NCBI GenBank assembly: GCA_963973375.1
Contig: CAXAZV010000001.1
Coordinates: 1 to 42,088 of the forward strand
Reading direction: 5' to 3'
Source: an uncultured Antarcticibacterium sp.
GTDB lineage: Bacteria; Bacteroidota; Bacteroidia; Flavobacteriales; Flavobacteriaceae
Length of the DNA stretch: 42,088 nt
Shown here: one piece after another, positions 39,501-42,088 of the stretch
Layout of the letters: every line of letters starts with the position of its first letter
Numbering within the stretch: position 1 is the stretch's first letter
Program-made: the position numbers and the translations under genes
The notes under the pieces: model-generated
Told to the model about the DNA's origin: nothing
Database searches by the model: none
The model's input: the letters and a program-made list of their open reading frames with translations, nothing else

Positions 39501-39525
39501 CAGTACCCTTGAGATAACTGGATAG
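36499..39525 (+). CDS. sbcC: Exonuclease SbcCD subunit C (Rad50-like)
   Basis: Walker A GPTGSGKS, LAQGEF, zinc hook CPLCG, LSGGE, IDEGFGTLD, ISH; long coiled coils. Confidence 0.95.
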   Translation: MKILKIEFRNINSLKDTHSIDFTIAPFNTSSLFAITGPTGSGKSTILDVISLALFNHVPRLGKISKKDILEKGAILTRNQQEAFARVTYECKSGIYTSEWNISTARTGSLRDYEMQISRQPTGELLPLKKSDVPGKNEQLIGLNYNQFIKSVLLAQGEFSQFLKAKKDERGELLEKITGTGIYRQLGKLAREKFQDVNLVIQKQQDAIALIKQGLLEETQLLDITTKLSEKEKTCEPLEKEIQSLNKNLELKKTLEQQLKEIDRIAAEKESAEVDLKDFMAGYGPVLEQHEKVRDVAEDLRDWKRLSLSCADLDKDIDVKNKQIRENAERIQECLSEVSGFTRMQVAQETIETELEIFSAKVHGLQKKVDDKLVEYESLKNTFRLETRDLNCPLNEKDPLATAQQLEDLKTTASKKLKTLKANLTGVDLESIEGEKFRLKRYLVEARDAWKLSDNMERLNNDLNKLKKDEASLQTAMKELPGEIRHYEDNVKIYEEKLKNIRLEQRNRELQASLEEHRTQLEDGKPCPLCGALHHPYAEDFPAKDDDLSRKLQLTEKELSIWLQKLNSNTTTLKHHQNNLKQIIAQKEKLENEIQNNSAEFREKYHALGFEERTNWKDHCNQSQNQIDQLEEYEKVEKRMECVETALPILHELLKISAQGRELRANLEEVYKGKDIHGETREFHRKWTSLREADKAIAGQLKELSSKVVQSREKLDLQETNLKTLIIEKGFSSIPEAGEALLPDNEYYKLHASRAKLEKEIEKNRNTLSLLNSQVEKYKKDDVVHSAEVLSNLHFEKKQHLKLVQDECEELRRTIKNYKEDLKRLQQIQEEIKDKEKENKRWKMLNELIGDATGKKFNDFAQDLTLSQLLVLANSRLNDLSDRYTIDKSATGEDDGLVAIDEHMGGQRRSVKTLSGGETFILSLSMALALSDLASRNVEINSLFIDEGFGTLDPETLDQTLDTLEKLQAESSKTIGIISHVDSLKERIATQIQLKRHGQGYSTLEITG

Positions 39526-39541
39526 GCATTTAAAAAGGTAA

Positions 39542-39646
39542 GAGTTAGGAGTTAGGAGTTAGGAGTTTGGGATTTGGGATTTAGGTTTTGGGATTTAAGT
39601 TTTGGAGTTTGGAGTTTGAAGTTTGGGGTTTTGCGTTGGAAGTTGG
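39542..39646. repeat. Degenerate 7-bp tandem repeat, 15 units, consensus near GAGTTTG
   Basis: GAGTTAG x3, GAGTTTG, GGATTTG, GGATTTA, GGTTTTG, GGATTTA, AGTTTTG, GAGTTTG x2, AAGTTTG, GGGTTTT, GCGTTGG, AAGTTGG. Confidence 0.92.
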
Positions 39647-39725
39647 AAAACACTTAATTACAGCTATTTTCAGTATATTTATGATCCAACCAGATTTAAA
39701 ATTAATTCTAACCAAAATTAAGATT

Positions 39726-40322
39726 ATGAAATATTATTTAATTTTCGGCCTGTTTGCATTCTCATTTACCGGCCTGGCGCAGGATATGAAACCGGAGATC
39801 CTGTCTCCGGAAATTCAGATTAAAACTGCGGTTTTAGCAGCTCCAGAAGAACTTAGAAGTGAAGCAAAAGTGTATGGATATGACAAAACCGGGAAAATGG
39901 TTGTATTGCGGGAAGGCAATAACCATATGATTTGCCTGGCCGATGATCCTGCCAAAAAAGGTATTTCCGTTTCCTGTTACAATGACAAACTGGAACCATT
40001 TATGGCCAGGGGAAGAGAATTATCTATTGAAGGAAAATCTGAAATGGATAAGCGAGCCGCGCGCCAGCAAGAAGTTGAAGCCGGTACGCTTAAAATGCCG
40101 GATGCTCCAAGTATGACCTATATTTTTACGGGAAATGATGAAAATTACAATAAAACTACCGGGGAGCTAAAGGATGGAAAATTCAGGTATGTGATCTATA
40201 TACCCTTTGCAACCACAGAAACTACTGGATTGCCGGATAAACCGGAAGCTCCAGGTATGCCCTGGCTTATGGATCCAGGAACGCACCGGGCACACATTAT
40301 GATTTCGCCCGTGAGCAATTAA
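39726..40322 (+). CDS. Exported hypothetical protein
   Basis: ATG 39726 gives a Sec signal ending GLA/Q. The upstream ORF extension only translates the repeat. C-terminal PWLMDPGTHRAHIM. Confidence 0.8.
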   Translation: MKYYLIFGLFAFSFTGLAQDMKPEILSPEIQIKTAVLAAPEELRSEAKVYGYDKTGKMVVLREGNNHMICLADDPAKKGISVSCYNDKLEPFMARGRELSIEGKSEMDKRAARQQEVEAGTLKMPDAPSMTYIFTGNDENYNKTTGELKDGKFRYVIYIPFATTETTGLPDKPEAPGMPWLMDPGTHRAHIMISPVSN

Positions 40323-40334
40323 AATACATTATTT

Positions 40335-40379
40335 AAAAAAACCGGCCGGGAAAAATAATTTCCCGGCCGGTTTTTTTTT
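40335..40379. terminator. Strong bidirectional terminator
   Basis: A7-CCGGCCGGGAAA-AATAA-TTTCCCGGCCGG-T9. Confidence 0.92.
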
Positions 40380-40402
40380 GGAATACCTGTAGTTTATATT
40401 TC

Positions 40403-42088
40403 TTAGTACAGTATCCGGAACCTTATGGTGTGTTCAATTTCTTTCAATTCCTTTATTACATCAGGCTCATATTCCTTATCAATATCTGTGATCACGTAAC
40501 CTATTGTTTCATTGGTTTTTAAATACTGCCCAACAATGTTAATATCGTGATGCGCAAAAATATTATTGATACGCGCTATTATACCGGGTTTGTTTTCGTG
40601 AATATGAATGAGCCTGTGCGCATTTTCAAGAGATGGCAATTGTAAATTCGGGAAATTTACGCTGTTGGTTGTACTACCCGTATTTATGTACTCCATGATC
40701 TTCCCGGGAACAAAATTCCCAATGTTGGCCTGTGCCTCTTCTGTGCTTCCGCCAATGTGTGGAGTAAGGATCACATTGGGCAAATTGCGAAGGGGTGATT
40801 GAAAAGTTTCAGTATTTGTTTTTGGTTCTTCAGGAAAAACATCAATTCCCGCTCCTGTAACTTTCCCCGATGTTATATTTTGTACCAACGCATCTATATC
40901 TACCACGTGGCCTCTGCTAAGATTAAGGAAAATTACACCATCCTTCATCAAATCAAATTCTTTAGGGCCAAAAAGGTGGTGATTTTCTTTGCGGCCATCT
41001 ACATGCAGGGAAACTATATCTACCTTTTGTAGTAGTTCATTCAAGCTATTGCATTTGGTGGCATTTCCAAGCGCAAGTTTTTCAACCATATCATAATAAT
41101 ATACATCAAAACCTATTGCCTCAGCGACAACAGAAAGTTGTGAACCAATGTTCCCATAACCCACTATTCCTATCTTTTTACCGCGTATCTCCCTGCTGTT
41201 GTTGGCAGATTTATCCCACTCGCCCTGATGCATCTTTGAAATTTTATCGGGCAAATTTCTGGATAACAGGATGATCTCTCCAATGGCCAGTTCCACTACA
41301 GAACGGGTGTTGCTGTAAGGCGCATTAAAAACTGCTATTCCCTTTTCGAGACAGGTCTCAAGGTCAATTTGATTGGTGCCAATACAAAAGGCTCCTACAG
41401 CTATAAGCCTTGGCGCATTTTCCAGTACTTTTTTAGTAAGCTGTGTTTTAGACCGTATTCCCAAAACAGAAACATCTTTGATCTTTTCTGCAAGTTCCTC
41501 TTCATCCATTGCCCCCGTGTGAGTGACGACATTATAACCTTCTTCTTTCATAAGGCCAATAGCTGCCGGATGTACATTTTCCAACAATAAAACTTTGATC
41601 CTGTTTTTAGGATATGAAATAGCTTTGTTCATTTTAAATAAGTATAAAAATTCATCCATACTGGGGGTAATATGATCGGCTTTTTCAAGGATACTGTCGC
41701 GTTCAATATTCTCGGTAAACGCATAAAATTTATTGGCAAGGCCTGCGGCCTTCACCTCATAATCTGTATAACCGTCCCCTATCATATAAACATCTCCCTG
41801 AAGATCGAGGGTTTTTAAGGTGGCAACCTTACCCCCGTTAAAAGAAAGAACATTGTCCTTATCAAACCCGGTGATCTTCCCCTTCTCATCAATTTCAAAG
41901 GTGTTGGCAAAAACATTTTCCTCCTTAATACCCAATTCCTTTACTATAGGAATAATAAATTCCTTGAAACCATTTGAAATTATATAAATATCTTCCCTGT
42001 TTTCCCTGAAAAAGGCTTCATTTCTTACAAACGAAGTAGATATTTTTTTTCTTTAATACAGCTACCAGATGCGGTAAATGCTTTTCCT
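40403..42088 (-). CDS. serA: D-3-phosphoglycerate dehydrogenase with N-terminal HAD (SerB-like) domain and C-terminal ACT domain; 5' end beyond the window; apparent frameshift at 42043-42050
   Basis: GIRSKT, FCIGTNQ, GYGNIG, DVFPEEP, TPHIGGST; HAD motifs IISNGF and IGDGYTD. The frame stays open upstream of 41935 until a TAA at 42053-42055. Confidence 0.9.

Noticed and set aside
35276-39525. SbcCD as an anti-phage or Wadjet-like SMC system
   Set aside because: Canonical Mre11/Rad50 motifs with a zinc hook and no accessory defence genes; this is housekeeping repair
39542-39646. Repeat array as CRISPR
   Set aside because: 7-bp contiguous units, no spacers, no cas genes
39588-39725. N-terminal extension of the 244-aa ORF
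   Set aside because: It only translates the heptamer repeat; ATG 39726 gives a proper signal peptide
434-41590. Many short antisense or alternate-frame ORFs in the track (e.g. 434-826, 12912-13454, 27803-28192, 37224-37766)
   Set aside because: They lie within well-supported genes and have no recognisable motifs; shadow ORFs

Overview
AT-rich bacterial chromosomal window. Gene content, TAnnTTTG -7 promoter boxes and the lack of Shine-Dalgarno motifs point to Bacteroidota, most likely Flavobacteriaceae (inference). It holds about 42 CDSs; I saw no rRNA, tRNA, CRISPR array or transposase. Main blocks in order: App1/DAGK lipid pair; hydrolase-OsmC fusion and Cu/Zn SOD; two ECF sigma modules; acyltransferase, Nudix, cyclophilin and RDD genes in a tightly interlocked arrangement; a SpoIIM-DUF4129-DUF4350-MoxR-DUF58 operon; oxyR; a DUF4870-PadR-PspC operon; trxB; an ~11 kb co-directional reactive-sulfur cluster (Crp/Fnr, TauE, two methyltransferases, two MBL hydrolases, a desaturase-family protein, a YeeE/YedE pair) with a three-gene acyl-CoA carboxylase embedded in it; sbcDC; a 7-bp tandem repeat; and a HAD-fused serA running off the right edge. 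Best candidates for undescribed biology: (1) the sulfur/acyl-CoA carboxylase cluster with a perfect CRP-like operator, (2) a possible noncontiguous operon in which two divergent genes share one CATG, (3) the uncharacterised MoxR membrane system. Two single-base frameshifts (DUF4870 gene, serA) coincide with homopolymer runs and may be assembly errors.
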